Assembly (NCBI RefSeq): GCF_006345805.1
Contig: NC_043012.1
Location: 53,878,001-53,942,000, forward strand
DNA: 64,000 nt
Direction of reading: 5' to 3'
Source of the DNA: Octopus sinensis
Taxonomy: Eukaryota
A program made the position numbers and the translations under genes. Numbering within the stretch: the stretch's first letter is position 1; every line of letters begins with the position of its first letter. Under the pieces are notes generated by a model, which did not search any database, was not told the origin of the DNA, and saw only the letters and a list, made by a program, of their open reading frames with translations. Positions 1 through 14,914 of the stretch are shown piece after piece.

Positions 1-13
1 AAACACACACACA

Positions 14-79
<66 letters not shown>

Positions 80-359
80 AAATAATATAATATGCATATA
101 TGAGTATATACAATATAATATATATGTGTATATATAATATATATATGTGTATATATAATATATATATGTGTATATATAATACGTATATATATGTGTAATA
201 TAATATATATATGCACATATATATAATACATATATATATATGTGTGTGTATATATAATACGTATATATGTGTAAATATAATATATATATGCACATATATA
301 TAATACATATATATATATGTATATATATAATATATATATATGTGCGTGTCTATATGATA

Positions 360-391
<32 letters not shown>

Positions 392-445
392 GTATATATA
401 ATATATATATATGTGTGTGTGTACATATAATATGTGTGTGTATAC

Positions 446-477
<32 letters not shown>

Positions 478-1140
478 ATGTGTGTGTGTGTTGTGTACAT
501 ATAATATATATGTGTGTGTATATATATAATATATGTGTATATGTAATATATATGTATATATAATATATATATATGTGTGTGTGTATATATATATGTGTAT
601 ATATAAATATATATGTGTATATATATTTTATATGTGTGTATATATATTTATATATGTGTATATATGTATATATTATATATATAATATATATATGAATATA
701 AATATATGTATATAATTAACATATATATGTATATATAAGATATGTATATATATTATACATATATAGTATATATAACATAGATTATATATATTATACATAT
801 ATATGTATATATAATATATGTCTATATATTATACACATATATATATATATAACATATATGTCTATATATTATACATATATATGTATATATAACATATATG
901 TCTATATATCATACATATATATGTATATAATATATGTACATATACTATATATGTTTATATTATATATATGTATATATTATATATATATATGCATATATAT
1001 GTCTATATATCATACATATATATGTATATAATATATGTACATATACTATATATGTTTATATTATATATATGTATATATTATATATATATATGCATATATA
1101 TATATATATGTATATATTCTATATATATATGCATATATAC
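1..1140. repeat. (TA)n/(TG)n compound microsatellite grading into a roughly 38-bp TA-rich minisatellite
   Basis: Direct inspection; tatattatacatatatatgtatatataacatatatg-like units at 720-1100. Confidence 0.95.
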
Positions 1141-1429
1141 GTTTAAATATTTTTTGTGCAAGATTTTTTATGTGAAGTCGTGTGTTGAAACAGATATTGC
1201 AGAGAAATACAAAATGGCTGACGGTTAGTAAGGAGAGACACAAATAGGTGAGAAGAAAACAAAGACCACTGATGCGGTCACAGGAGTGTGACGAAAAGAA
1301 CTTGGCCGCCGAAATAAGATGAGATTAATGTAAAAAATAAATATCACTGAAGCAAAATAACACCAACTATATAGTGCGTGTTGTTTTATTGGCTAAACTG
1401 GCAATATGACCATTCCGAAATATAACAAT

Positions 1430-1517
1430 ATCATATATATATTATATATATATATATATATAGATATATGTGTATATATTCTATATATATATGCATATAT
1501 ATAGATATATATATGTA

Positions 1518-1563
<46 letters not shown>

Positions 1564-1660
1564 GTATATATTCTATATATATATGCATATATATATATAT
1601 ATATATATGTATATATCTATATATATATGTATATAATAATGTATATCTATATATATATGC

Positions 1661-1692
<32 letters not shown>

Positions 1693-1931
1693 TCTATATA
1701 TATATGCATATATATATAATATATATGTATATATCTATATATAATATGCATATATATATATATATATATATATGTATTATTCTATATATATATGCATATA
1801 TATATATATATATGTATGTATTCTATATATATATGCATATATATATATATAATATATATATGTATATATTCTATATATATATGCATATATATAATATATT
1901 ATATATGTGTCTATATTCTATATATATATGC

Positions 1932-1967
<36 letters not shown>

Positions 1968-2091
1968 GTATATATTCTATATATATATGCATTATATATA
2001 TATATATCTATATATATGTATATATTCTATATATATGCATATATATATATTATATATATATATATATGTTATATATTCTATATATATATGC

Positions 2092-2123
<32 letters not shown>

Positions 2124-2220
2124 CTATATATATATGCATATATATATATATATATATATGTATATATTCTATATATATATATGATATATATATATATATG
2201 TATATATTCTATATATATAT

Positions 2221-2260
<40 letters not shown>

Positions 2261-2312
2261 GTGTAATATTCTATATATATAGCATATATAGATATATATA
2301 TATATAGTATAT

Positions 2313-2353
<41 letters not shown>

Positions 2354-2445
2354 TTTATATATATAGGCATATATATATAATATATATATGTATTATTCTA
2401 TATATATGTATATATATATATATGTATATATTCTATATATATGCA

Positions 2446-2478
<33 letters not shown>

Positions 2479-2864
2479 TCCTATATATATATGCATAATA
2501 TATATATATATATGTATATATTCTATATATATATGCATATATATATATATATATGTATGTATTCTATATAAATGCATATATATTATATTATGTATGTATT
2601 CTATATATATATGCATATATAGATATATATATATATATATATGTAATATTCTATATATATATGCATATATATATATATATATATATGTGTTATATATCTA
2701 TATATATTGCATATATATATATAATATATATATTATATATGTATATATTCTATATATATATATGCATATATATAAATATATATATATATATATAGTATAT
2801 ATTCTATATATATATGCATATATAAAAATATATATATATAATATATGTATAATTCTATATTATA

Positions 2865-2901
<37 letters not shown>

Positions 2902-2950
2902 CTTCTATATATATGCATATATATATATGTATATATTCTATATATATGCA

Positions 2951-2983
<33 letters not shown>

Positions 2984-3434
2984 TCTATAATATATGCTAT
3001 ATATAAATATATATATATATAATGTATATATTCTATATATATATGCATATATAGATATATATATATATATGTATAATTCTATATATATATGCATTATATA
3101 TATATATATATGTATATATCTATATATATGCAGATAGATATATATATATATATTCTATATATATATGCATATATATATAGATATTATATATATATGTATA
3201 TATTCTATAATATGCATATATATATATATATATATATGTATATATTCTATATATATATGCATATATATATATATATATAGATATATATGTATATATTCTA
3301 TATATATGATATAGATATATAATATATAATATATATGTATATATTCTATATATATATGCATATATATATATATATATGTAATATTCTATATATATATTCA
3401 TATAATATATATATGTATATATTCTATCTATATA

Positions 3435-3473
<39 letters not shown>

Positions 3474-3542
3474 TCTATATATATATGCATATTATAATAT
3501 ATAGATATATATATATATATATGTATATATTCTATATATATA

Positions 3543-3583
<41 letters not shown>

Positions 3584-3604
3584 TCTATATATATATATGC
3601 ATAT

Positions 3605-3637
<33 letters not shown>

Positions 3638-3728
3638 CTATATATATATGCATATATATATATATATATATATATGGTATATTTCTATTATATATATATA
3701 ATATATATATGTATATATTCTATATATA

Positions 3729-3767
<39 letters not shown>

Positions 3768-3788
3768 TCTATATATATATTATGATAT

Positions 3789-3836
<48 letters not shown>

Positions 3837-3925
3837 TCTATATATATATGCATATATATATATATATATATATGTATATATTCTATATATATGCATATAT
3901 ATATAGTATATTTATATTATATGCA

Positions 3926-3968
<43 letters not shown>

Positions 3969-4097
3969 GCATTATATATATATATATATATATAATATAT
4001 GTATATATTCTAATATGCATATTATAAGATATATATATGTATATATTTATATATATAATATATTATATATATATGTATTATATTCTATAGATATATG

Positions 4098-4139
<42 letters not shown>

Positions 4140-4146
4140 TCTATAT

Positions 4147-4187
<41 letters not shown>

Positions 4188-4372
4188 GCATATATAATAT
4201 ATAATATTATATATATATATATATATATATTCTATATATATATATATATTCTATATATATATGCATATATATATATATAATATATATATATATATGCATA
4301 TATATTCTATAATATATGTATATATATATATATGTATATATTCTATAATAGATGTATAGATCTATATATATA

Positions 4373-4417
<45 letters not shown>

Positions 4418-4589
4418 ATTATTATTATATATATATATTCTATATATATATATGCTATATATTATGCATATTAATATATATATATATTCTAGATAATATA
4501 TATTTATATTCTATAATATCTATATATATATGCAATATATATATATATATATATATAATTCTATATATATAGTATATTCTATATATATA

Positions 4590-4628
<39 letters not shown>

Positions 4629-4721
4629 TCTATATATGTATATATTCTATATATATTGCATATATATATATATATATCTATATATTATATATTCTATATA
4701 TATATATATATTCTATATATA

Positions 4722-4760
<39 letters not shown>

Positions 4761-5032
4761 TCTATATATATATGTATATATTCTATATATATATGCATAT
4801 ATATATATATATATATATTATGTATATATTTATATAATATATATGATATATATATATATATATATATGTATATATTCTATATATATATGCATTATATATA
4901 TATAGTATATATTCTATATTATATATGCATATATATATATATATATATTATATAATATGTATATATTCTATATATATATATGCATATATATATATATATA
5001 TAGATATATGTATATATTCTATATATATATGC

Positions 5033-5064
<32 letters not shown>

Positions 5065-5066
5065 TC

Positions 5067-5111
<45 letters not shown>

Positions 5112-5168
5112 CTATATATATATATATATATATATATATGCATATATATATATATATATGTATATATA

Positions 5169-5223
<55 letters not shown>

Positions 5224-5288
5224 CTATATATATGATATATATATATATATATATATATTATAATATGTATATATTCTATATATATAAT

Positions 5289-5319
<31 letters not shown>

Positions 5320-5523
5320 GTATATATTCTATATATATATGCATATATATATATATATATTATATATGTATATATATATATTCTATATATGCATATATAT
5401 ATATATATATATATGTATATATTCCTATATATATATGCATATATATATATGTATATATTCTATATATATATGATATATATATATATATAGATATATATAT
5501 ATGTATATATTCTATATATATGC

Positions 5524-5555
<32 letters not shown>

Positions 5556-5761
5556 TCTATATATTATATGCATATATATATATATATATATATATATAAT
5601 TCTATATATATGTATATATTCTATATATATATGCATATAATATATATATATTCTATATATATATGTATATATTCTATATATATATGCATATATATATATA
5701 TTATATATATATATATATGTATATATTCTATATATATATGGATATCTATATTATATATATA

Positions 5762-5800
<39 letters not shown>

Positions 5801-5904
5801 TATATAATATGCATATATATATATATATATATATATGCATATATACATTATATATATATATGTATATATTCTATATATATATGATATATATATATATATA
5901 TATA

Positions 5905-5948
<44 letters not shown>

Positions 5949-5952
5949 ATAT
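1430..5952. repeat. About 4.5-kb patterned (TA)n array with recurring GTATATATTCTATATATATATGC motif
   Basis: The motif recurs throughout, separated by variable TA runs; all I/Y-rich ORFs here are artefacts. Confidence 0.95.
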
Positions 5953-6677
5953 GGGTCATGAGAGCTAATGGTGTCAATAAGACCAAAAGATGTCAGTAAT
6001 GCTGAGAACGTGCTATGGATACACTATAGTTAAGCTCCAGGTTCGGTGATTATGCGAATGAGGTGTCCAACATATATGCATATCAGCATATGTATATATA
6101 AAGCTTTTATCTCATATATATATATATATATTGTATACTCGGTGTTTCTATCGGTTTCAGTCTACCAAATCTACACACACAAGGCTGTGATCGGTCTGAA
6201 GATATAGTAGGAGACATTTTACTTAAGGAGCCACGCCGTGGGACTGAACCCTGAATCATGTGGTCAGGAACTCCTTACCACACGGCCATGCCTGCAACTT
6301 TATCAATAAAATCATTTTCAATGATGGTGTTCAGTGGAAAGTACTCAAAACCACTCGGCTGCAATGAGACATTTTGACCTGACAACTATCGCTGAGCCTG
6401 TGTTAATGTCATATATTTCATACATCAAGGGAGCAAAGTTCCTTCCCGAGTCATAAGCTCTCGTAGCCGGTTCCCCGGATTCTGTGGTGTAAGTAGTCTC
6501 CCCATTCACACTGGATGATACGTTGGTTCGTTTTAGGAGTATTCATTGTTGCCAGCTGAGTGAAAGGAAGCAACGTGAAACGAAATGTTTTGTTTAAAGA
6601 TACAATGCATAGCCCGGTCCAGGAATCGAAAGCACAATCTTACGATCACGATGGCAATATACCCTAACCACTAAAGT

Positions 6678-6966
6678 GGAGGCACATGGCCTAGTGGTTA
6701 GAGCAGCGGACATGCGGTCGAGGGATCGCCGGTTCGAATCTCAGACCGGGCGATGTGTGTTATGAGCGAAAACACCTAAGCTCCACGCGGCTCCGGCAGA
6801 AGGTAATGGCGAACTTTTGCTGACTCTTTCGCCACAACTTTCTCTCACTCTTTCCTTCTGCATCTTGCAGCTCACCTGCAACGGAGCGGCGTCCCGTCCA
6901 GGTGGGGAACCTATACGCCGGGAAACCGTCCCTTATGAACCAGGCAGGGCTCGAGAAGGAACAAAC
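6678..6966 (+). mobile_element. SINE family B (tRNA-like head)
   Basis: Head GGCCTAGTGGTTAGAGC...GGTTCGAATC with A/B-box-like motifs, followed by a body shared with 11638, 19160, 24686, 34455 and 53133. Confidence 0.85.
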
Positions 6967-7141
6967 ATATATAACCACTAAACCACGCACCTCTCCATAT
7001 TTCATATATAGTGAGGCAGTATTTATGTCTTCTCATGACTCCACAAACACCAAAACAGTTAGCTTAAGCATGGTACTCACTACCAAGTTATACATACCCG
7101 CAAGTGATGGTGATGCTTTGATACATTTTATATTTGAAATA

Positions 7142-7357
7142 TACGAGGGTATGCTGCAAAGTTCCTGGCTTTGAGTAAAAGAAAATACAAGAGGATCATT
7201 TAATTATGATTTTATTCCCTTCTCAGATTCACATACTTATTGCAGTGGTCTTTCAGCTTTTCTAAGCCATGTAAAAGTACGCAGAAATGTGGGCCTCCAG
7301 CCAGGCCTTTCGCTATACCCTTAAAGCCAGGAACTTTTAAGTGCCCCCCACCCTGTA
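7142..7357. mobile_element. mariner-derived MITE
   Basis: TIRs TACGAGGG..AAAGTTCCTGGCTTT / AAAGCCAGGAACTTTT; the interior matches 58316-58535 in the opposite orientation. Confidence 0.75.
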
Positions 7358-8262
7358 TCATGTATTGACAAATATATATTGTTGGATTTGTGTAATACAT
7401 AATATCGTTGTTTTTTTTTGTATTTTGGGGAAGAAATATGTTTTATATCTCCATTACATAGCAGTTCGGTAAAAGGAAATTGATAGAATAAGCAGCAGAC
7501 AAGTTAAATCTGAACGACTAAAGCCATTAAGACAGTGCTGCAGCATGGCCAAATTTCAATGACTGAAACAAGTGAGAGAATTGAAAAATAATTAATTATC
7601 TAGAATAATCCAGCTTCGTTTTCAAAATAAAAGAGGAAGTATCCAAAACAATCACAGGAAGCTCTGAGAAGCCACTTGACGTATCAGTTCAAGAAATAGC
7701 AGCCAGAGATATTGCAGGACACTGCCTCGTAACACTAATAAAAACAGCTGTCTATAAAAGCAATTGTCTAGGAAAATACCGACACAGTGCAGCATAGACA
7801 AATAGTAGTTAGTCTACTTTACTCTATAAGGAGCATAGGACAGCGACTAATTTCATGACAGTGGACGCAATATTTGGGTACCCCCTTGATAGGCCAAGAG
7901 AGACCGATTACTATCGTTTCATCCTATGAGCATCCTTTCCAGGTCCAAACTTTCTTCCTCCTTCAAGTTGCCAGTCTAAGATACTCTTAGATTGACACAG
8001 CTCATTTTCTGTCACTTCACTTACCCGTATTTATAGTTCAGCACACTCCACTTCCTGTAACACAACACAGTTCATACTAATAGTTCGACACACGCCATTT
8101 TCTATCACAGAACACAAATCATAGTTCGGTATACCACAATTTCTATCATATCACTGCCCGTATTTATAATTTGGTAGCACATTCAATATTTTGTCACACA
8201 ACTATCTTACTTTAATTTGGCAGACTCCAATTTCTGTTCCACACCAATATTTATACATATGC

Positions 8263-8355
<93 letters not shown>

Positions 8356-8543
8356 GTATACTTTATTTAAAGCAGCAGAAAATTCAACAAAACCTGTTAC
8401 TCTGAGTTTCCCGTTGCCGTTCGTCGCTTTAAATAAAGCATATTACTCTACCACTGGTATTTGAGTACTCTTTTGTCCACCTTGTTTCACATTTATGTGT
8501 TTACTCCGGTATATATATGTGTATATAGATATATATATATATA

Positions 8544-8580
<37 letters not shown>

Positions 8581-9083
8581 TATTCATACTCATAGTTCGG
8601 CACACACCACCACTTATACTTCGGCACACACCATTATTCATTCTCATAGTTCAGCACACACCACTATTCATACTCATACTTCGTCACACTTCAGCTTCTG
8701 TCAACCAACAGCCCATACGTACCATGGTCATAACTACGAAAACGTATAATAATTATAAAGTACGTGATTTGTATCTTTTACTATGGCGCCGCTTATCGTT
8801 ATAATATTTCTTGTACAAGCTATCCACAAGACGTAGCAATCATGTGTTGTAGTACCGGGAAATCCCTAACCAGCCGTAAAGAACTAATCTAACACCTACT
8901 GCGCTGACATAATCAATACTCACCTAACTGCTGTATGTTTTATGTTATCTTGTAAAAAATCTAAAGGAAACTAAAGATTCCAGTCCCCGAAAGCTATTCC
9001 CACATGACCCGGTATCAGTAACTTACGAATTCGTATTATATCCCAAACGGATATGGAAGTTTGTGAGCTGTGTGTATGTTTGG

Positions 9084-9135
<52 letters not shown>

Positions 9136-9397
9136 ATGTGCGCGCGCTGTACTCGTATTTGTATTCATATAGGAGATGAAGTGTTGAAATATGTAAAAAG
9201 AACAGATTTTGAAGAAACTGGTAATGACAAAATTAACTAATGAAATTAAGGAAACAAAAAGATGTGTGAATGTGTGCATTATGTACGTGTTTGTGTGTGT
9301 ATGCGTGTGTGAGCGTGTGTGCGCGTACATGTATATATATATATACAACCATATATATATATATATATATTATATATATACACACATATATATATAT

Positions 9398-9419
<22 letters not shown>

Positions 9420-9428
<9 letters not shown>

Positions 9429-9950
9429 CAAACCTTCTGGCATACACTGCATTCAAAGGTGCGCACAGAAATATAGACAGAATAGTTGATGGAGGTTCGT
9501 TTTCCATGCGTTCGCAGATGAGATTTGAGGCCAGCAAAAGACAGGTATGGTGTATCACAGACTGTGCACACACAAAGATCATTGCCATTCACCTTCTCGA
9601 TTGTTACATTCTTCCTTAGATCTCTTTGAGTCTTACATGCGTTATCCTGGCCTCTTCAAATGCTTTCGCTCCACTCCACATCTTTGTTCGCCATCCAACT
9701 CGATCCGAAGCAAAGGTTTCTATATCTTCTGGAACCATTCCAAGTGAATTTGTAATGGTCCTTATGCCGTCCCTAAACCTGTTAGTGACGTTCATATTTT
9801 TCCCCTTGAACATTTCATATATTCTCCAAACAAGATGTGATGGGTTCTACGTCGATTTCGATGTACATTCAGGAAATTTTACGTGCAACTAAGTATTCTG
9901 TGCGTAACTCACTTCTCAGACCGAATCATCTCGACGCAAACTGACAAGTT
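9420..9950 (-). mobile_element. RTE-clade LINE 3' fragment, decayed
   Basis: Minus frames give ILFGE..RG..RFRDGIRTITNSLGMVPEDIETFASDRVGWRTKMWSGAKAFEEARI and C2H2 fingers CTVCDTPYLSFAGLKSHLRTH / CSVCQKVC, typical of the RTE ORF2 end. Confidence 0.75.
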
Positions 9951-10179
9951 TGGAATATGGAATTAAAAAAAAAAAAGTATATACTCCAGTACTTGACTGA
10001 TATGTTAATTCATGTATCTGTCATGGAAGGATGAAAAAGTGAACTTCGGCGTGATATGAATTCGGACTGCAAAGAACTAGAAATAATACCACCAGGAATT
10101 CGAGCCAAGAGTTTAACGGTTCTGCCAAATCATCGTTGCGTATATTTCCTATCTAATGTCGTTACAAGGCCTGAAAGCT

Positions 10180-10735
10180 TGGGAAGAGCTAGTCGACACT
10201 ATCGCTCCAGTACCTGACTGGTTCTTATTTTATCAAATCCGAAAAGGATGAGAGGTTAAATTGACACTGGTGGAATTTGAACTCAGAAGTAAAGAAATGC
10301 GGTCAAGCATTTTAGTCTGGCGCGCATATTTCTTTACTATCCACAAGGGGCTACACACAGAGGGGACAAACAAGGACAGACAAACGGATTAAGTCGATTA
10401 CATCGACCCCAGTGTGTAATTGGTACTTATTTAATCGACCCCGAAAGGATGAAAAGTAAAGACGACCTCGGTGGAATTTGAACTCAGAACGTAACGGCAG
10501 ACGAAATACCTATTTCTTTACTACCCACAAGGGGCTAAACACAGAGGGGACAAACAAGGACAGACAAACGGATTAAGTCGATTATATCGACCCCAGTGCG
10601 TAACTGGTACTTAATTTATCGACTCCGAAAGGATGAAGGCAAAGTCGACCTCAGCGGAATTTGAACTCAGAACATAACGGCAGATGAAATACGGCTACGC
10701 ATTTCGCCCGCATTTCTGCCAGCTCGCCGCCTTAA
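10180..10735 (-). mobile_element. SINE family C, tandem array
   Basis: Head AAGGCGGCGAGCTGGCAG at 10733 followed by two near-identical units of about 183 bp and an older third unit. Confidence 0.85.
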
Positions 10736-11557
10736 CCTCTGCCCCTATTATTATAATATATGTGAAAAGAACTGGTTTTATGCGCTGATCGAAACAGCGT
10801 GGTCGTCTCGGCTTAACTGTCACCCTATGTCACTCAACCACCAAAACTGCAAATTATTTCGTTGTTATTGTTATTATTAACGCAATGTATGCAGTTTGGT
10901 TTATTTTTAGATTAAAACAATGCTTTTGAAATAAGAGTCTAAGTAAATATATTATTTAAATAAATATAAAGCAAATGGGATTTTTAATGCAGTTTCAAGA
11001 CAGGAAGCAAAAATAAATATGCGATGATTTACTTTAGGAAGGGTATAGAAAACACATGTAAAGTTAGGAATGCGACGATGGTGAAGAAAGGATGTTGATT
11101 ATGGGGCCATTTAATAAATATCATTGCTGCTGACAGAACACCATGCTGGAATGGAGAATTAAACTGAAGAGCTTCCATGCGGGTAGGCGTGGTCCATGAG
11201 AATTGCACTCACATTGCACAGTTCCTGAATATCCTAATGTTTGGGGTTTTTTTGTTGTTGGGAAACTATATAACATGTTTGCTTTCGTCACAGGAAAAAT
11301 AAAAAAAGTGTTTGTTCTAATTATGTAATGTAAGCAGCAGAAGCTATTAAAGAGTAATGTGTGTTTCCTAGAGATAAAAAGATATGCGTTAATGTTATGA
11401 ATATGTATCTGCGATACACACATGTATGCATACAGGTATATACATATTCACACACTCGTCTAAATATATACATTTTCCTTTATACGTGTATCTGCGCCCG
11501 CGTGTGTGTGTATGTGAAGTCACGTATACACACACACACACATTTATACACACACAT

Positions 11558-11637
<80 letters not shown>

Positions 11638-11639
<2 letters not shown>

Positions 11640-11910
11640 CCGCAATGGCCCAGTGGTTAGGGCTGCGGACTTGCGGTCGGAGTATCGCGGTTTCGATACC
11701 CAGACCGGGCGTTGTGTGTATTTATTGAGCGAAAACACCTAAAGCTCCACGAGGCTCCGGCAGGGGGTGGTGGCGACCCTGTGGTACTCTTTCGCCCCAA
11801 CTTTCTCTCACTCTTTCTTCCTGTTTCTTGAGTAACGCTACGATGGACTGGCGGGGAAACACATACGCCATAGAAACCGGGAAACCGGACTCATGAACCT
11901 GGCTGGACTT
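11638..11910 (+). mobile_element. SINE family B
   Basis: Same head and body. Confidence 0.85.
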
Positions 11911-12370
11911 AAATATGTATATATATATATATATAATCGCATAAAGATATTCTCATCCAGCCCACGCATATATATTAAGTGTATTATATATAATGTATAT
12001 TTTATACATTTTAAATATATATTCTATGATATTTCCATATTGAATTCATATATGTTGTATATATTGTGATGTATAAGTTGCATATTTTTTATTTGTATAG
12101 TATTTTGTACAGATACATCATTTGTAGTTTCACGTATTACATGCAATACTCCATTGAATGCTTTGAGGAATGTATAAATATATACCTGGCAGCTATACAA
12201 ATATTTAAAAACCTCAGGCTGTTTCGAAAGTTATATATATATATATATATATGTGTGTGTGGTGAGGTTTGGTAAAGTATTTTACATTTAGATATAACTG
12301 GGGTAATTATGTGTACACATGACTCTTGCTTCTGCTTTTTCCATGGCTGCTTGTAAATATTTCATTTAAT

Positions 12371-12449
12371 TCTTATCGTATTCTCTACTGAAGAGGGAAA
12401 AATCCATGGGATTAATCCCGAAATTGATTCAATATAGAGATAACGAATT
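12371..12449 (+). ncRNA. Type I hammerhead ribozyme, complete fold
   Basis: Stem I TCTCTA 12382-87 / TAGAGA 12435-40; CTGAAGA 12388-94; stem II GGGA/TCCC with inner AATCC/GGATT; GAAA 12420-23; stem III ATTG/CAAT; cleavage triplet AUA ending at 12434. Confidence 0.8.
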
Positions 12450-13074
12450 TAGCTTGCCTTCCTCGATTTCAGCACGACGTGTATTTATGGTGACTGGTGT
12501 ATATTGTAATATGGTGATTTAACGATTTAAATCTATTCTCAGCATATTGACATAGAATTTTTTTTCTTTTGCCCTCGTTTATAAATTGTTTATAATTTTC
12601 GCCTTTAAAGGTATTTTAATATGTTCCCACTTCGAAATATTTTTTTGGAAAAAATTCTATCCTATATTAGAAATATGTATATATCTATATATATAAAGCT
12701 CAACTTGTGTGTCTGTGTGTGTATCTATGTGTGTGTCTGTGTGTTTAACTTCCCGGCACATCTCCTCCTAGCCAACAAATCGTAGAACCACCAAAAAAGG
12801 GTCACTTAAAGTTTAGGCGAATAAAAATTGAACTGCGCTATTTCTGTTCCGAAATTCTTCTCGCAAGTGCAAAAATCGATAATGTGTTTGTTTAGGCCTT
12901 ATCCCATGCATTGAATAATGAACTTTACTCAGTTACATTCTGCTTTCAAATTCCGCCGAGGTCGGCTTTCCTTTTCATCATTTCAGGGTCTATTAAAAAC
13001 TGTACCAGTTGCACACTGGGGTCGATATAATCGACTTAATCCTTTTGTCTGTCATTCTTTGTCTTCCGAGGGGA

Positions 13075-13310
13075 TAGAGACTGAGAGAGAGAGAGGGAGA
13101 GAGTGACAGAGAGAGAGAGAGTGACAGAGAGAGACAGAGAGAGAGTCAGAGACGGAGAGACTGAGAGAGCGAGAGTGAAATAGAGCGATAGAGTGAGATA
13201 GAGAGCGAGAGAGAGAGTGAGGGAGAGAATGAGAGAGAGTGAGAATGAGAGAGAGAGAGAGAGAAAGAGTGAAATAGAGAGTTAGAGTGATAGAGAATGA
13301 GAGAGAAAGC
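13075..13310. repeat. Compound (GA)n microsatellite
   Basis: Direct inspection. Confidence 0.95.
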
Positions 13311-13325
13311 CGGACAATACTGCTA

Positions 13326-13360
<35 letters not shown>

Positions 13361-14445
13361 CAAACACACGCACTCACACATATGTATATGTATGTATGTA
13401 TATATTTATATATATATATGACAAATAAGGATGCCACACCAAAGTTTATTGGAAAACACAGGCAAACAAATTTCCTTAGAAACATGAGAACACTTTCTCA
13501 TGGGTTTCGTTTGTTGCACGCAACTCATGTACCCAATAAATTGTGGAAGATATAATGATAGTTTATGAACACCCTGTATATATGTCCGTTTCTGTTTGTA
13601 CATATGATTTTGCATATACATACACACATATAATTACATATAATTACATATATTTTCTAAGGCCTTCATATTTTTATTTCATGTTTAATGTTTCCGCCAT
13701 ATTTTAACACTCGTTCACTTGACAAGCAGAAACTGTGGGGTTTTTTTCTCTTTTTTTCTGTTGTCTTTTAGCCAAGTTAGCCTTACCATCCAATTGGACT
13801 TTGCTTCCGTTTGGCTTTGCCTTTTCATTGCAATACGGTAGGAGACAGGAACATTCAATACAAATCCGGCTGTAGCTCGCAGTCATTAGCATCATTCAAA
13901 ATTATGTGCACCGGCTTTTGTTTCTTTACTCTTCAAGCCTGTCTTCTATCCTTCTTTACTTCGTAGAAAGCAACGCAAATACGCGTATACACAAACAAAC
14001 ACACACACACAAATACACACACACACACACACACACAGAGGCACATCACACACACAAATACACATACAAATTCCCACACACGCCATAATACAACTCGTTA
14101 ATCACAAGGTAACAAATATATGCACATTTGTTAGGTATCTCATTAAGAGTAACAAACGTAGTGAAACATCCGGAATTTGTCACCGTCAGATGGAGAAAGA
14201 GAGTGGGAGGGGGAGAGAGAGATTGCGTGTTACATCTGTTACTGACCGGATGTTTCTTTCAGGGGCATGCGCTAGAGTAACGGGAAATGATGCACATTGT
14301 CAAAGCAGCAACGGTCCACCCCTCCGCACGCGTATCAAACCTTCTACTTTACAGATGATAGCCAAACACCCTCACCATTTAGCTACACACACACAAACAT
14401 ATATATACACACGCACTTAAATATATATACAGGTAGATATATAGT

Positions 14446-14483
<38 letters not shown>

Positions 14484-14914
14484 TATAGATAGATATGAAT
14501 TCACGCACTTACACAAGCACATACATACGTATATGTCCTTTCTAGCGAGGCATTTTCCCCTCCATATTTTGAAAAGGTTAGGCCAACAGGTTTGAGGTCT
14601 GACGATACGCCGTAAGGCCAAACCTTTTATGAACGGGAAATTCAAGGTAGCCCCATAAACCGGATTTCCCCATTATAATATATATATATCCGAAACGGTC
14701 GTAACTTCTGGTACTTGACTGAGGAAAGAAGACCACGAATGACCCGTCTTTTTTTTGCCTGTCCTTCTAATTGTTGTTTCTCTTGTCCACCTTTGTATCG
14801 TCTATCTGTCCGAATGTTTTATTGTCCTCTCTTGCGTTTTTGTTCTCTCTCTCTCTATGTATGTATATATATATGTCTGTGCGTGCGTGTGTGTGCGTGT
14901 GTGTGCGTGCGTAA

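Noticed and set aside
533-5986. Many I/Y-rich ORFs up to 270 aa
   Set aside because: These are translations of (TA)n, which is poor in stop codons in some frames. The same applies to the ORFs at 26358-26762, 30707-31126 and 60860-61492.
6678-6755. tRNA-like sequences here and at other SINE heads
   Set aside because: Each continues into a shared SINE body and has a degenerate cloverleaf, so they are not tRNA genes.
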